Notes: generated by a model from the sequence alone, not told the origin. Shown: positions 47,027 to 57,240, counted from the first letter of the stretch. The stretch is DNA of 64,000 bases from Clostridia bacterium (GCA_017560225.1 JAFYOJ010000090.1:1386-65385), one strand, 5' to 3'. Made by a program: numbers and translations.

Positions 47027-47530
47027 TCACAAAATTTTGCAAATCAGCAGTGCAAAGATACAAGCAAACAAGTTAGCAATCAATGCCGCAGGAATCACAC
47101 CGGGAAGTTTCTTCACCGGTGTTCCTTGTGTATACACCGCCATCGTATATAACACCGTTTCCGAGGAGCCCATCATCACGCAGGCAACACGGCCGGCATA
47201 AGAATCGGGGCCGCAATTTTCCAGAATATCTCGTACCACAGCAAGGGCGGCGCTGCCGGACATAGGCCGTACCATCACAAGGGGCAACAATTCTTCCGGG
47301 ACACCCAAATATGACAGAGGTGTCTGTAAAATATTTCCTAATATCTCCAAAGCCCCGGATGCACGCAACACCCCAATAGCGGTAATCAAGCCCACCAGCG
47401 AAGGTACCAGGTTCAAAATGGTCATGGCACCTTCTTTCGCGCCTCGGGTAAAATGTTCAAACGCAGCCACTTTGCGCACCAACCCCAGGGAAACAATCAA
47501 AAAAATCAAGGCAGGCAATATGTACTTCAT
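47027..47530 (-). CDS. spmB: Spore maturation protein B (nucleoside-transporter-like)
   Basis: Hydrophobic SpmB-like sequence downstream of spmA. Start chosen at MKYILPAL. Confidence 0.7.
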   Translation of the reverse strand: MKYILPALIFLIVSLGLVRKVAAFEHFTRGAKEGAMTILNLVPSLVGLITAIGVLRASGALEILGNILQTPLSYLGVPEELLPLVMVRPMSGSAALAVVRDILENCGPDSYAGRVACVMMGSSETVLYTMAVYTQGTPVKKLPGVIPAALIANLFACIFALLICKIL

Positions 47531-47531
47531 T

Positions 47532-48107
47532 TTACCTGCGCCCCCTGCAAATGCGATACGCAAGAAGCGCCATCAAAACAGCCCCCAAAGACGTGATCCA
47601 CGTAGGAAGCAAAATATCCATAGCGGCTTGGCTACCCAGCCCCGCCCGCATGGCAATCACGGTGGTGGGCATCAACTGCAAGGCCGCCGTATTAAGGACT
47701 AAAAATAAACAGATATCCCGAGAAGCGCGTTCGCCATCGCCGCCAAGGCGTGACAATCCCTGTACTGCCGCAATGCCGGAAGGTGTGGCACCGTTCCCCA
47801 ACCCCAGAAAATCCGCCGTTAAATTGGTGATGATATTTTGCTGTGTTTCCGGATCTTTTTTAGCCGAGGGAAAGAGCCGGACAATCACCGGCCTCACCCA
47901 CTTTTGCAAGGCAGCAAGTCCCCCTGCTGCCTCTAAAATCCGAATAAGTCCGCACCAAAAGGCACAAATGCCCACCATCCCAATGGCAAACGTAACAGCT
48001 TCCCGGGAACAATTTACAACGGCTTCTGTCACCGCTTCCGTCCTCCCCGTGGCAATGCCGCAAAGAATCCCCACCATCAGCAGCACGCACCAAATGATAT
48101 TTAACAT
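47532..48107 (-). CDS. spmA: Spore maturation protein A
   Basis: SpmA-like N-terminus MLNIIWCVLLMVGIL (compare Bacillus MINYIWFFL...). GGGAG RBS 7 nt upstream of this ATG. Confidence 0.7.
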   Translation of the reverse strand: MLNIIWCVLLMVGILCGIATGRTEAVTEAVVNCSREAVTFAIGMVGICAFWCGLIRILEAAGGLAALQKWVRPVIVRLFPSAKKDPETQQNIITNLTADFLGLGNGATPSGIAAVQGLSRLGGDGERASRDICLFLVLNTAALQLMPTTVIAMRAGLGSQAAMDILLPTWITSLGAVLMALLAYRICRGRR

Positions 48108-48164
48108 ACGCATGCTCCCTGCACAGATCATTGGTACTGGTTATATATGCGCAAGAGAAATTTC

Positions 48165-49553
48165 TTATGCCACTAATTCCACCCGTTCTTCCGAGCCTTC
48201 CACGGCGTCCACATAGATCATAAACGTATGGCCAAGACCGGTGCAACGAAATTCATAGAAATAATCTTCTCCGCCATAGCCGTTGTCCATATAACACAGC
48301 CGTACTTCTTCCACCGTTAATGCAGGGTTAATTTTAGATTGAGCCGCCTCTTGTGAAATCGTTTTGGTGCCTTGTTGATTTTCTCGGGCACAGTGATACA
48401 TAAAATAGGCGTAGGCGTCAAATCCAATCACTTCGCCGCTGCCGGATGCTACTTTGACCCGCACCCAATCGGGATAACAATAAACGCCATCCATCACGGG
48501 ACAGAAGGTAAGCAGCGTAGCACCGCCTAAATCTTCCGTTTGCACCAAGGCCATATTTTTCATCCCCAATGCTTTTAAGAAAGCGCTGCCGGACTCCTCT
48601 ACTTGCGCCGCAGACAATGCTCCTGCGGGCAATTCTTTATTATATAGCAAATCGCACAAAACGCCGCCTTGTTTGGTAAGGCTCACATAGGCCACCGTAT
48701 CGTCTTCTCGCGTCACTTCATAGCAAAGTAAATCGATGCCATTCATAGAAGTTTCCCCGGTGTAGCGCACTTGGGGCTTTTCTCCAAAGGCGTCATTAAA
48801 TATTTTACGAATGTGATCCGCCCCCTGCTCCTGTCCAACTACGTACCCTGTAAGGCCTTTTGGGGTCAAGTGTTTCATGTGGTCGGAAAATGGTCCATCA
48901 TATTCCACCACGGGATAATCCTGAAAAGGATCCGCCAAGAGTTCTTCCGTATCTTTTTCTATATTCTTCCAGCTGTAATGATTTTCCGTCACCCGAACCG
49001 CCAATTCTGAAAGCGCCGCACTTAAATCTAAGGAGTAGCCGTGCAGTTCTTTCAGTAAGGTGTAATTTTCTTCTGTGAAACCGGCCCAGCCTTTCTCCGT
49101 ATTCCCGCCACTGGAAGCCTCCACCAATTCATCCCCCACATTCACCTGTTGGCTCTTTAATTCGTCTGAAATCGCCGCATCCGCCCAGGCTTTCGCCAGG
49201 TCATCCACCTGAACAAGATAATTGGAAATTTTCGCCGAAACGTTGGCATCAATGGGCAGCAAGGCCATACTCCCCTCTGCGTAACTGCTGGCTCTCGCCG
49301 CTTCTTGCAGCATCCGTGCTGTTTGTTTAGCAGAGCCGGAAGCCATAGCTTTGAGCAAATATTCTTCTGATCGGGAAACCGCATAAGCCATATCCGACAA
49401 AGCGCGGTCATACTGCAGCATGAGTGTATTCCGTGTCTTTCGCTCCATACGAAGAGAAACTGCTACCGCAACCACTAAGCACAAACTGACACCCGCCAAA
49501 ATCCAAACCGATGCCAATAAAATCGTATATTTTTTCTTCTTCATAAAAATCAT
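48165..49553 (-). CDS. ypeB: Germination protein YpeB (PepSY-domain membrane protein)
   Basis: N-terminal TM. LMLQYDRALSDMAYAV matches the YpeB N-domain (B. subtilis ENNYQRAFHELTYQV). C-terminal PepSY-like repeats. Confidence 0.7.
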   Translation of the reverse strand: MIFMKKKKYTILLASVWILAGVSLCLVVAVAVSLRMERKTRNTLMLQYDRALSDMAYAVSRSEEYLLKAMASGSAKQTARMLQEAARASSYAEGSMALLPIDANVSAKISNYLVQVDDLAKAWADAAISDELKSQQVNVGDELVEASSGGNTEKGWAGFTEENYTLLKELHGYSLDLSAALSELAVRVTENHYSWKNIEKDTEELLADPFQDYPVVEYDGPFSDHMKHLTPKGLTGYVVGQEQGADHIRKIFNDAFGEKPQVRYTGETSMNGIDLLCYEVTREDDTVAYVSLTKQGGVLCDLLYNKELPAGALSAAQVEESGSAFLKALGMKNMALVQTEDLGGATLLTFCPVMDGVYCYPDWVRVKVASGSGEVIGFDAYAYFMYHCARENQQGTKTISQEAAQSKINPALTVEEVRLCYMDNGYGGEDYFYEFRCTGLGHTFMIYVDAVEGSEERVELVA

Positions 49554-49616
49554 GCCTTTCCTTCAAGGTTCCACAAAGACAAGTGTTTCCAAAGAAAAGG
49601 CAATTTATACAATGAT

Positions 49617-50564
49617 TTATGCGTAAAGGGCGGCCAATCGAGTGGCTTCTTTCATAGAAATAGGATCTGCAATGCCTTTCCAGGCAATGTCGAAAGCGGT
49701 GCCGTGATCGACCGAGGTACGAAGATAAGGAAGTCCGTGAGTAACGGAAATGGTGCGATGGAAATCCAGTGTCTTCGCCGCAATGTGGCCTTGATCGTGA
49801 TACAAAGAAAGGACTGCGGCGTATCTTCCAATATGTGCCTGATGGAATACGGAATCTGCGCTCACCGGTCCTTCTACCCGGTAGCCTTCTTCTTTCGCCT
49901 TGGCAACCGCCGGTACAATGGCGTCCATTTCTTCCGTACCGAATAAACCGTGTTCACCGCTGTGAGGATTTAATCCTGCCACCGCCAGCGTACCGTCTTG
50001 AATCCCAATATTACGAAGAGCCGCCGTACATCTTCGAATATAGTCCAGCACCCGATTCGCGGTCACTTGGTCACAGGCCTGCCGCAAAGACAGATGCCGC
50101 GTCAGGAAGAAAATGCGAAGTCCGGTGGTTTCGAACATCGTAAGAGGATCTGCTGCGCCGGTAAGGCCTGCAAAAATTTCCGTGTGGCCAATGTAGGGCA
50201 CTTGGGCCGCTTTCAAAGATTCTTTGTTAATAGGCGCCGTGGCTACCGCTTGACATACGCCTTGAGTACAAAGTTCATGCGCCCGTTCAATACAGGCATA
50301 GGCTGTGCGTCCCGCTTCCGCCTGCACCGTGCCGGCATACGCCTGCGGTGCGGAAAGATTACAAGGCACGTGCTCAATTTCTCCGCCGAACTTGGCTTCA
50401 AAATCCGCGATGCCGCAAAGGGCCGCCGCTTGTGCCAGAATCGATCGATCCCCCACCAAAATCATCTTGCATTGTTGTCGTAATGCCGGATCCGCAAGAG
50501 TTTGTACCGCAATTTCAGGACCCACCCCTAAAGGATCGCCCATAGTAATGGCAATGGTTTTCAT
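49617..50564 (-). CDS. pdxA: PdxA-family NAD-dependent 4-hydroxythreonine-4-phosphate / 4-phospho-D-threonate dehydrogenase
   Basis: MKTIAITMGDPLGVGPEI N-terminus and HGTAFDIAWKG C-terminal motif typical of PdxA/PdxA2. Confidence 0.8.
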   Translation of the reverse strand: MKTIAITMGDPLGVGPEIAVQTLADPALRQQCKMILVGDRSILAQAAALCGIADFEAKFGGEIEHVPCNLSAPQAYAGTVQAEAGRTAYACIERAHELCTQGVCQAVATAPINKESLKAAQVPYIGHTEIFAGLTGAADPLTMFETTGLRIFFLTRHLSLRQACDQVTANRVLDYIRRCTAALRNIGIQDGTLAVAGLNPHSGEHGLFGTEEMDAIVPAVAKAKEEGYRVEGPVSADSVFHQAHIGRYAAVLSLYHDQGHIAAKTLDFHRTISVTHGLPYLRTSVDHGTAFDIAWKGIADPISMKEATRLAALYA

Positions 50565-50572
50565 CGTGTGTT

Positions 50573-51049
50573 TCACTCCCATAAAAACATCCAGTCTTCA
50601 AAAGTATCCGCTGCCTCTTCGCCGTAATTTGCGTAGAGCCAGTCGTAAACTTCTCCGGCGTCGCTGAAATCCGGCAAGAAGGGTTCCATAATTAAATACA
50701 CAAAGGCGAACATCAACACAATCAATGCGATGCATAAGCCAAGAATCGCAAGAATCATGCCCACAAGCGCGATGCCGCTCAAACGACGATTCGTTTCTTT
50801 TCTGGATAAAATAGCAAAAACAATAGCAACAATGGAGGAAGTCAAGCCTAAGACACCCATTTGGATAGGCCAAATCAGCGCAAAGAAAGGCGCGATCATA
50901 CTGATAATCCCCAAAATCAGCGCAAGTGTCGCCTTCCAAGAGGATACACGCTCCACTTCTACCGTTTCTTCGGGACGCGGGGCGCCGCAATTAGAGCAAA
51001 AATGTTCTTTGCTTCTTAACTTTCTTCCGCACTCTGTACAACGTATCAT
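50573..51049 (-). CDS. Zinc-ribbon + DUF4190-like small membrane protein
   Basis: N-terminal CxxC...CxxC (CTECGRK...CSNCG) followed by two or three TM helices. Confidence 0.55.
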   Translation of the reverse strand: MIRCTECGRKLRSKEHFCSNCGAPRPEETVEVERVSSWKATLALILGIISMIAPFFALIWPIQMGVLGLTSSIVAIVFAILSRKETNRRLSGIALVGMILAILGLCIALIVLMFAFVYLIMEPFLPDFSDAGEVYDWLYANYGEEAADTFEDWMFLWE

Positions 51050-51250
51050 CGTTCCGCCTCCATTCTTACGACGATTTTATAATGAGGCGGTCAAAAAGTC
51101 AAGTCGAGTGGTATGTAAAATGGTCGTTAGACGTATCCAAGCAACCGCAAAACAAAGGCATAGCTACTTCTGTTAAACCGTTCGGTATCTAAAGTAGTGT
51201 TTTGGAGTATGCAAGCTACCGCATTTTACAGTCGACAATACCGCCTTCCC

Positions 51251-51283
51251 CAACAAAAAAGCGGCCCGGTATTCCGAGCCGCT
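51251..51283 (-). terminator. Intrinsic terminator downstream of pnp (agcggc-loop-gccgct + TTTTTGTTG on minus strand)
   Basis: 6-bp GC stem with a 12-nt loop, followed by a T-tract on the transcribed strand, about 25 nt after the pnp stop. Confidence 0.5.
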
Positions 51284-51307
51284 TTCAAATCCGCTTTTGT
51301 GATTAAA

Positions 51308-53392
51308 TTATTCAACATCTTTAATGGAGAAGTCCATTCTGCCCTGCTTATCAAGACCGATATACTTCACTTTCACGATGTCACCAACATTCACAACGTC
51401 TTCTGTCTTCTCAACGCGGTGCTTTGCAAGCTTGGAGATGTGAACCATTCCCTCTTTGCCCGGGAGATACTCAACGAATGCACCGAATGCCATAGTACGT
51501 GTAACTTTACCTTCGAAGATGGTACCTACTTCGATATCGCCAACGATACCCTTAATGATATCCATTGCTTTGTTTGCAGCATCTTCATCAATGGTTGCAA
51601 CAAAGATGGTACCGTCATCGTTAATATCAATCTTAACACCGGTCTCATCGATGATGCGGTTGATTACCTTACCACCTGTACCGATTACTTCACGAATCTT
51701 ATCGGGATCGATCTTCATCTGGTACATCTTCGGTGCATACTTGGAAACTGTCTCACGAGGAGCAGAGATACAAGGAAGAATTACTTCGTTCAAAATCTGT
51801 GCACGACCTTCGTGGGTAAGTTCAAATGCCTGACGAATAATTTCATAGGAAAGACCCTGAACCTTAATATCTACCTGAATCGCAGTGATACCCTTCTCGG
51901 TACCGGCAACCTTAAAGTCCATATCGCCGAAGAAGTCTTCGATACCCTGAATATCCATAAAGGTTACGAAATCATTCTCATCATCGGGGTTTGTTACCAG
52001 ACCTGCGGAAATACCGGTTACAGGACGCTTAATCGGAACACCGGCATCCATCAAAGCCAAAGTAGAACCGCAAACGCTACCCTGAGAGGTAGAACCGTTG
52101 GACATCAATACTTCAGAAACCAAACGAAGTGCGTAAGGGAACTCCTCAACAGAAGGAATTACCGGCTCCAAAGCACGCTCAGCCAAAGCGCCGTGACCGA
52201 TCTCACGACGGCCGGGACCTCTGGAAGTCTTTGCCTCACCTACACTGTATGCAGGGAAGTTATAGTGGTGCATATAACGCTTGGTCTCTTCCAAATCGAT
52301 ACCGTCCATCTTCTGCACTTCGGACATAGGTCCTAAAGTTGCGATGGTCAATACCTGAGTAAGACCTCTTCTAAACAAACCGGAACCATGGGTTCTGGGA
52401 AGCAAACCAACTTCAGCGCTCAAAGGACGGATCTCGCGAAGACCACGGCCGTCAACACGCTTATGTTCACGAAGGATACCCTCACGAACAATTGCCTTCT
52501 CAATCTTGTAGATAGACTCGCCAATCTTAGCCTTGCCATCAGGATACTTCTCTGCCAAATCAGCAACAGCCTTCTTGGTGATCGCATCGATCTTCGCATC
52601 TCTTTCCTGCTTGTCCGCAGTAAATACAGCGCTCTTCATATCGTCGTATACAAGCGCCTTCACGTCTGCATACAAATCAGCCGGAACATCTGCAGAAGTG
52701 TACGTGAACTTCGGCTTACCGATCTCTTCGCGAACGCTCTCGATGAACTCACAAATCTTCTTAATGGTGCCGTGACCCTTGATAATCGCGCTGAGCATAA
52801 CGTCCTCAGGAACTTCGTCCGCACCTGCTTCTACCATGGTGATCTTATCCTTGGTACCGGCAAGGGTTACGTACATACGGCTCTTTGCTCTTTGTTCAGC
52901 ATTGGGGTTAATAACAACCTCGTCATCTACCAAACCCAATACAACCGCACCGATAGGGCCTGCAAAAGGAATATCGGAAATAGTCAATGCAGCAGAAGCA
53001 CCGATCATCGCTGCAATTTCAGGAGAGTTGTCCTGATCAACAGACATAACCGTGTTTACTACAACAACGTCATTTCTCAAATCCTTGGGGAACAAGGGGC
53101 GGATCGGACGGTCAATAACACGAGAGGTCAAAATAGCCTTCTCAGAGGGCTTACCCTCTCTCTTGGTGAAACCGCCGGGAATCTTACCTACGGAATAAAG
53201 CTTCTCCTCGTAATCTACGCTTAAGGGGAAGAAATCAATACCGTCTTTCGGCTCTTTGGAAGCAGTTGCAGTAGACAAAACTACAGTCTCACCGTAACGA
53301 ACCAAAACTGCGCCGTTTGCAAGCTGTGCCATCTTACCAAATTCTAAGGTAAGGGTTCTGCCTGCCAATTGTGTCGTAAAAGTCTTAAACAT
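51308..53392 (-). CDS. pnp: Polyribonucleotide nucleotidyltransferase (PNPase)
   Basis: Two RNase PH domains, KH and S1 domains, at full length. Start at MFKTFTTQLAGRTL (GAAAGG RBS). Confidence 0.95.
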   Translation of the reverse strand: MFKTFTTQLAGRTLTLEFGKMAQLANGAVLVRYGETVVLSTATASKEPKDGIDFFPLSVDYEEKLYSVGKIPGGFTKREGKPSEKAILTSRVIDRPIRPLFPKDLRNDVVVVNTVMSVDQDNSPEIAAMIGASAALTISDIPFAGPIGAVVLGLVDDEVVINPNAEQRAKSRMYVTLAGTKDKITMVEAGADEVPEDVMLSAIIKGHGTIKKICEFIESVREEIGKPKFTYTSADVPADLYADVKALVYDDMKSAVFTADKQERDAKIDAITKKAVADLAEKYPDGKAKIGESIYKIEKAIVREGILREHKRVDGRGLREIRPLSAEVGLLPRTHGSGLFRRGLTQVLTIATLGPMSEVQKMDGIDLEETKRYMHHYNFPAYSVGEAKTSRGPGRREIGHGALAERALEPVIPSVEEFPYALRLVSEVLMSNGSTSQGSVCGSTLALMDAGVPIKRPVTGISAGLVTNPDDENDFVTFMDIQGIEDFFGDMDFKVAGTEKGITAIQVDIKVQGLSYEIIRQAFELTHEGRAQILNEVILPCISAPRETVSKYAPKMYQMKIDPDKIREVIGTGGKVINRIIDETGVKIDINDDGTIFVATIDEDAANKAMDIIKGIVGDIEVGTIFEGKVTRTMAFGAFVEYLPGKEGMVHISKLAKHRVEKTEDVVNVGDIVKVKYIGLDKQGRMDFSIKDVE

Positions 53393-53521
53393 ACACGTCA
53401 TCCTTTCTTCTTAACTTGAAGACAGAGGCGGTAGCATGTAGATTCTGCGTCGGAATCTGCGGGTAAAAAGGCATCCGGCGTACAATCTACGCTCTACGGC
53501 CACGGTCTTCCTACTGTAAAA

Positions 53522-53562
53522 TATTTATAAAAAGCGAGGCTCCCGGAACAGAACCTCGCTTT
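53522..53562 (-). terminator. Intrinsic terminator downstream of rpsO (gcgagg...cctcgc + T-tract)
   Basis: Hairpin about 12-40 nt after the rpsO stop, followed by TTTTATAAATATTTT on the minus strand. Sits in the 170-nt rpsO-pnp intergenic region, the classic pnp leader. Confidence 0.55.
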
Positions 53563-53573
53563 CTATGTTCGAA

Positions 53574-53837
53574 TTACTTTCTCAGACCGAGCTTCTCAAT
53601 AATTGCACGATAACGGTCCATATCAACTTTCTGCAAATAAGCAAGCAAGCCTCTACGCTGACCTACCAAAATGAGCAAGCCTCTTCTGGAGTGGTGGTCC
53701 TTCTGGTGAGAAGCAAGGTGCTTGTTCAGCTCGTTAATACGCTCTGTCAAAATAGCAACCTGTACTTCCGGAGAACCGGTGTCGCCTTCTTTAAGGCCAT
53801 AAGTCTTGATAATTTCTTGTTTTCTTTCTTTCGTCAT
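53574..53837 (-). CDS. rpsO: 30S ribosomal protein S15
   Basis: [41 protein letters not shown]... The track ORF is an upstream extension; the true ATG has an AAAGGAGA RBS. Confidence 0.95.
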   Translation of the reverse strand: MTKERKQEIIKTYGLKEGDTGSPEVQVAILTERINELNKHLASHQKDHHSRRGLLILVGQRRGLLAYLQKVDMDRYRAIIEKLGLRK

Positions 53838-53960
53838 GACGAAAATCTCCTTTACTTTAAAATTCACCGTGTTCCAAGAAGGGGTTGGAGTGTCCACACA
53901 TCCGGGAATCGGCATGCCTGGGAATTATAGCACAGAGCAAAAGGCGTTGTCAACTCTTTC

Positions 53961-54275
53961 TTACTCTGTTTCTGCCACGATACTTTCAATCGTTTCAAAG
54001 GTAGGCAACTTTCCCTCTTCCCCATATAAAAGATATTCTGCAGAAACTTCCAAGGCTACCGCCAAATATTTAAGTTCAATATCTGAAACTTGCCGTGTAC
54101 CCTTTTCAATGCGACACACCGTTACACGTTCAAAATTTTCTAATCCCTTTAATTGTAATTTTGCTGCCAAATCCGCTTGGGTCATACGCACACGATGGCG
54201 TTTTCCATAGTTCTTGCGGGCAAGACGGACATTCTCCCCACAGGCATTTTGGCGTCTGATTGGTAACTTCTTCAA
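53961..54275 (-). CDS. XRE-family HTH transcriptional regulator
   Basis: GENVRLARKNYGKRHRVRMTQADLAAKLQLKGLENFERVTVCRIEKGTRQVSDIELKYLAVALEVS matches HTH_XRE. Start placed at TTG with AGAGAGGTG RBS; the track ATG at 54320 lacks an RBS. Confidence 0.5.
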   Translation of the reverse strand: MKKLPIRRQNACGENVRLARKNYGKRHRVRMTQADLAAKLQLKGLENFERVTVCRIEKGTRQVSDIELKYLAVALEVSAEYLLYGEEGKLPTFETIESIVAETE

Positions 54276-54343
54276 AATCGGCACCTCTCTTACGTAGAGT
54301 TTCTGCCGATAAGTTATCATTTATTCTTTTCAAAAAAGTTCAT

Positions 54344-54823
54344 CTAATGAACTTCTCTGTAAAATTTTACCTTTTTAACCCAAGTTCCCAGCAGGACCAG
54401 CCCCGCCGCCACCGCAAATCCGGCAAAATCCAGCCATACGTCCGCCAAACTACTGCCGCGCCCTGTAAAAAGCTGCAAAGTTTCATCCATGGCACCCACC
54501 AGAAAGCCGAAACAGAAGCAATGCGCCATCCAATGAAGTTCTATTTTCCTGCGCACCCAAAGCAGTAAAAAACATTCCAAACCCAGCGCAAAGAACTCCG
54601 CAAAATGACCCAGTTTTCGAACAAAATATTCGGTGATATTTTCCGCGCCGAACAAGGGTCCCAACAGCGGCTTCACAAGATTCTCCAGTAGCGCTTGACT
54701 CTTCTTAGACGAATCTTGGGGGCCTTCCAAAGAATGCCCCCAAATCACACACAATGTAATGACAATCAAAACGATCAAGATTGCCGTCCAAATATTTTGT
54801 TTCGTCCACTTACAGTGCTGCAT
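54344..54823 (-). CDS. VanZ-like family membrane protein
   Basis: VanZ-like hydrophobic pattern (...FVRKLGHFAEFFALG...). Overlaps the ald 3' end by about 14 nt. Confidence 0.55.
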   Translation of the reverse strand: MQHCKWTKQNIWTAILIVLIVITLCVIWGHSLEGPQDSSKKSQALLENLVKPLLGPLFGAENITEYFVRKLGHFAEFFALGLECFLLLWVRRKIELHWMAHCFCFGFLVGAMDETLQLFTGRGSSLADVWLDFAGFAVAAGLVLLGTWVKKVKFYREVH

Positions 54824-55922
54824 GAAGCTCCGTGTACGCCAAATCCAAGCTGGTGGCCACATTCTTGTTCACGCACTTGCCGCCGTAGATATTCACACCG
54901 TTTGCCAAACCTGCGCACTCGGAAACAGCTGCCTCCAAGCCCATCTCCGCAATCATCAAACCGTAGCGAATGGTTGCGTTGGCAAGCGCCACAGTAGAAG
55001 TATAAGGAACAGCACCGGGCATATTGCCTACACAGTAGTGTACAATGCCTTCTTCAATATAAACAGGATTGTCGTGGGACGTTACGCGAGAAGTCTCGCA
55101 GCAACCGCCCTGGTCGATGGCGATATCTACAATGACAGCGCCTTTCTTCATCAGTTTCAAATGCTCCTTGCGTACCAATTTCGGCGTAGCGGCACCGGGA
55201 ATCAAAACAGAGCCGATTACAAGATCTGCTTCCTTCAAAGACTTGCGAATATTGGCTTCCGTGCTGTACAAAGTGGTAACAGACGCGCCGAAGATATCTT
55301 CCAAATAAGCAAGACGATTGGCATTGACATCCAGCAAAGTTACCTGGGCGTCGCTACCTACCGCTGCCTTTGCCGCATAGGTACCGGCAATACCGCCGCC
55401 GATGATTACAATCTTACCCCGCTCTACACCAGGCACACCGCCAAGCAAAATACCGCGGCCGCCGTAGCTGCGCTCCAAATACTTGGCACCTTCCTGTACA
55501 GAAAGACGACCGGCAATCTGGCTCATGGGACGAAGACAAGGAAGATTGCCCTGCTCATCGGTAATGGTTTCAAAAGCAACGGCCTTTACCTGCTTCTCCA
55601 TCAAAGCCTTGGCCAATTCCGGATTGGCCGCCAAGTGCAAATACGTGTAAAGAATCTGGCCCGGTCTTAAATATTCAACCTCACAAGCCTCCGGTTCCTT
55701 TACCTTAACAATCATATCTGCAATGTCAAAAACTTCTTTCGGCGTAGCCAGAATCTTGGCACCCGCTTCTATATATTCTTCATCGGAAAAGCCTGCGCCT
55801 GCACCTGCACCGGTCTCTACATAGACGGTGTGCCCTTTTGCGGTATATGCAAGGACGTTATCCGGCGTCAAACCTACTCGATATTCGTGATTCTTCAATT
55901 CTTTTGTTGTACCAATAATCAT
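54810..55922 (-). CDS. ald: Alanine dehydrogenase
   Basis: Full-length AlaDH: N-terminal substrate domain, NAD Rossmann motif VIIGGGIAGTYAAKAA, and HYCVGNMPGAVP. Confidence 0.9.
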   Translation of the reverse strand: MIIGTTKELKNHEYRVGLTPDNVLAYTAKGHTVYVETGAGAGAGFSDEEYIEAGAKILATPKEVFDIADMIVKVKEPEACEVEYLRPGQILYTYLHLAANPELAKALMEKQVKAVAFETITDEQGNLPCLRPMSQIAGRLSVQEGAKYLERSYGGRGILLGGVPGVERGKIVIIGGGIAGTYAAKAAVGSDAQVTLLDVNANRLAYLEDIFGASVTTLYSTEANIRKSLKEADLVIGSVLIPGAATPKLVRKEHLKLMKKGAVIVDIAIDQGGCCETSRVTSHDNPVYIEEGIVHYCVGNMPGAVPYTSTVALANATIRYGLMIAEMGLEAAVSECAGLANGVNIYGGKCVNKNVATSLDLAYTELHAAL

Positions 55923-56023
55923 AAAGATTCCCCACTTTCTGTTCGGTTTATTTTACAACCCGTGAGATAAAAATACAATACTGTGTATAAAAAAAGTTAT
56001 AAACTCAACACAATGCCCTTGCG

Positions 56024-57187
56024 TTACAAACCCAACTCGTCTAATAACGCTTGCATCTCATCTGCTTTTTCCCGGGAAACATTATGATTGTACAACAATT
56101 CTCTCATAGACCTTTTGGCATGACCACAAAACACTAATTTAAACCACCGTCGAACCTGCATAACCGGTGTGAGCCACTTGTGTTTTTGAAGAATTGGATA
56201 ATGCCGCTTAATTAAATCATACGGAATCACAATTTTTGAAAAAGCGTATTGCAAACGCCCACCTAACTTTTGTTGGCGGAGAACAATTCTATTTTGCAGC
56301 GTTCCGTAAACACCTCCGGAAAGAATAAAGTATTCCATCTTTTTCGTGCAGGCATTACCGGGCTGATTATCAAACCACATTTCGCCAAGAAGTGTTGCAT
56401 TTCTGGCAAATTTACCCACCCCACCTTTTTCAAGGAGTTCCTCATACTTATCTAAATCCTTTTCAGGAAGATGATTCAATATCCACAAATCTAATACCGA
56501 GCGAATACCACAACCGCCGTTTCGAAAATGCTTCGACATATGAACAACATGATAAAAATAGAACAAATCAGCCGGCATTTCCATTTGATATAACCATCCC
56601 GGACGAGCAGTTGCCACATCCCAAAGATTATCAAAAATCCCTGCTATTTTTCCGGTATAATCATCTTCTATAAGGAGAAAGTGCAATTCAATGTGATAGC
56701 CGTTTTGTGAATACAGAGCCACGTCGTGTAAACATCGTGAGCGTTCAACAAATTGCAACTCACCAACTAAAATGGAAACAGCATTTTCCAAATCTTCAAC
56801 TTTCACTAATATGTCAAGATCGCTACAAGTTCGCATCCACGGTTCCGGATAATAGTTTTGCATCACAGCACCTTTTAACGGAATAAATGAAATTTTTGCC
56901 TTTTCAAAGGCATTACAAATACGCACCCGTTCATACTGTTGATTTTCATGTCGATATATGGCCCGAAAAATATACTTTTGCAGCCGAGATTTGCTTTCAT
57001 CATTTACCAAACCATTTTTTATTGCGCCTAACGCTACCAAGTGTGCCAGATCGTGTTTTTCTGCCAAGCGAATAATGTTTGAAAGCAAGTTTTCAGATGC
57101 AATTTGCTTGCTTTCGCTATTCATCGGTTTATTTTGAATAACTGATTGAAGAATTGAAAAAAATATATCTCGCTCTTTCTCGTTCAT
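56024..57187 (-). CDS. Uncharacterized nucleotidyltransferase (NTP_transf_5-like)
   Basis: About 390 aa with the DLDILV nucleotidyltransferase Asp motif, a family common in polysaccharide loci. Start at ATG M24 (AAAGGAAG RBS). First gene of the AT-rich island. Confidence 0.55.
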   Translation of the reverse strand: MNEKERDIFFSILQSVIQNKPMNSESKQIASENLLSNIIRLAEKHDLAHLVALGAIKNGLVNDESKSRLQKYIFRAIYRHENQQYERVRICNAFEKAKISFIPLKGAVMQNYYPEPWMRTCSDLDILVKVEDLENAVSILVGELQFVERSRCLHDVALYSQNGYHIELHFLLIEDDYTGKIAGIFDNLWDVATARPGWLYQMEMPADLFYFYHVVHMSKHFRNGGCGIRSVLDLWILNHLPEKDLDKYEELLEKGGVGKFARNATLLGEMWFDNQPGNACTKKMEYFILSGGVYGTLQNRIVLRQQKLGGRLQYAFSKIVIPYDLIKRHYPILQKHKWLTPVMQVRRWFKLVFCGHAKRSMRELLYNHNVSREKADEMQALLDELGL

Positions 57188-57240
57188 AGTAATGAACTTC
57201 CTTTCAACAATACATTCACGCGCAATCCGTATGGTAAATT

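Noticed and set aside
51197-53224. Plus-strand ORFs of 379 aa (51197..52336) and 278 aa (52388..53224)
   Set aside because: Both are antisense to pnp, one of the most confidently identified genes in the window. No RBS, low-complexity translation.
53838-53915. 26-codon N-terminal extension of rpsO in the ORF track ([26 protein letters not shown])
   Set aside because: S15 proteins begin MxxTKExK. The extension contains the AAAGGAGA RBS for the conserved ATG.
54759-55670. 303-aa plus-strand ORF
   Set aside because: Antisense to alanine dehydrogenase. Rejected for the same reason.
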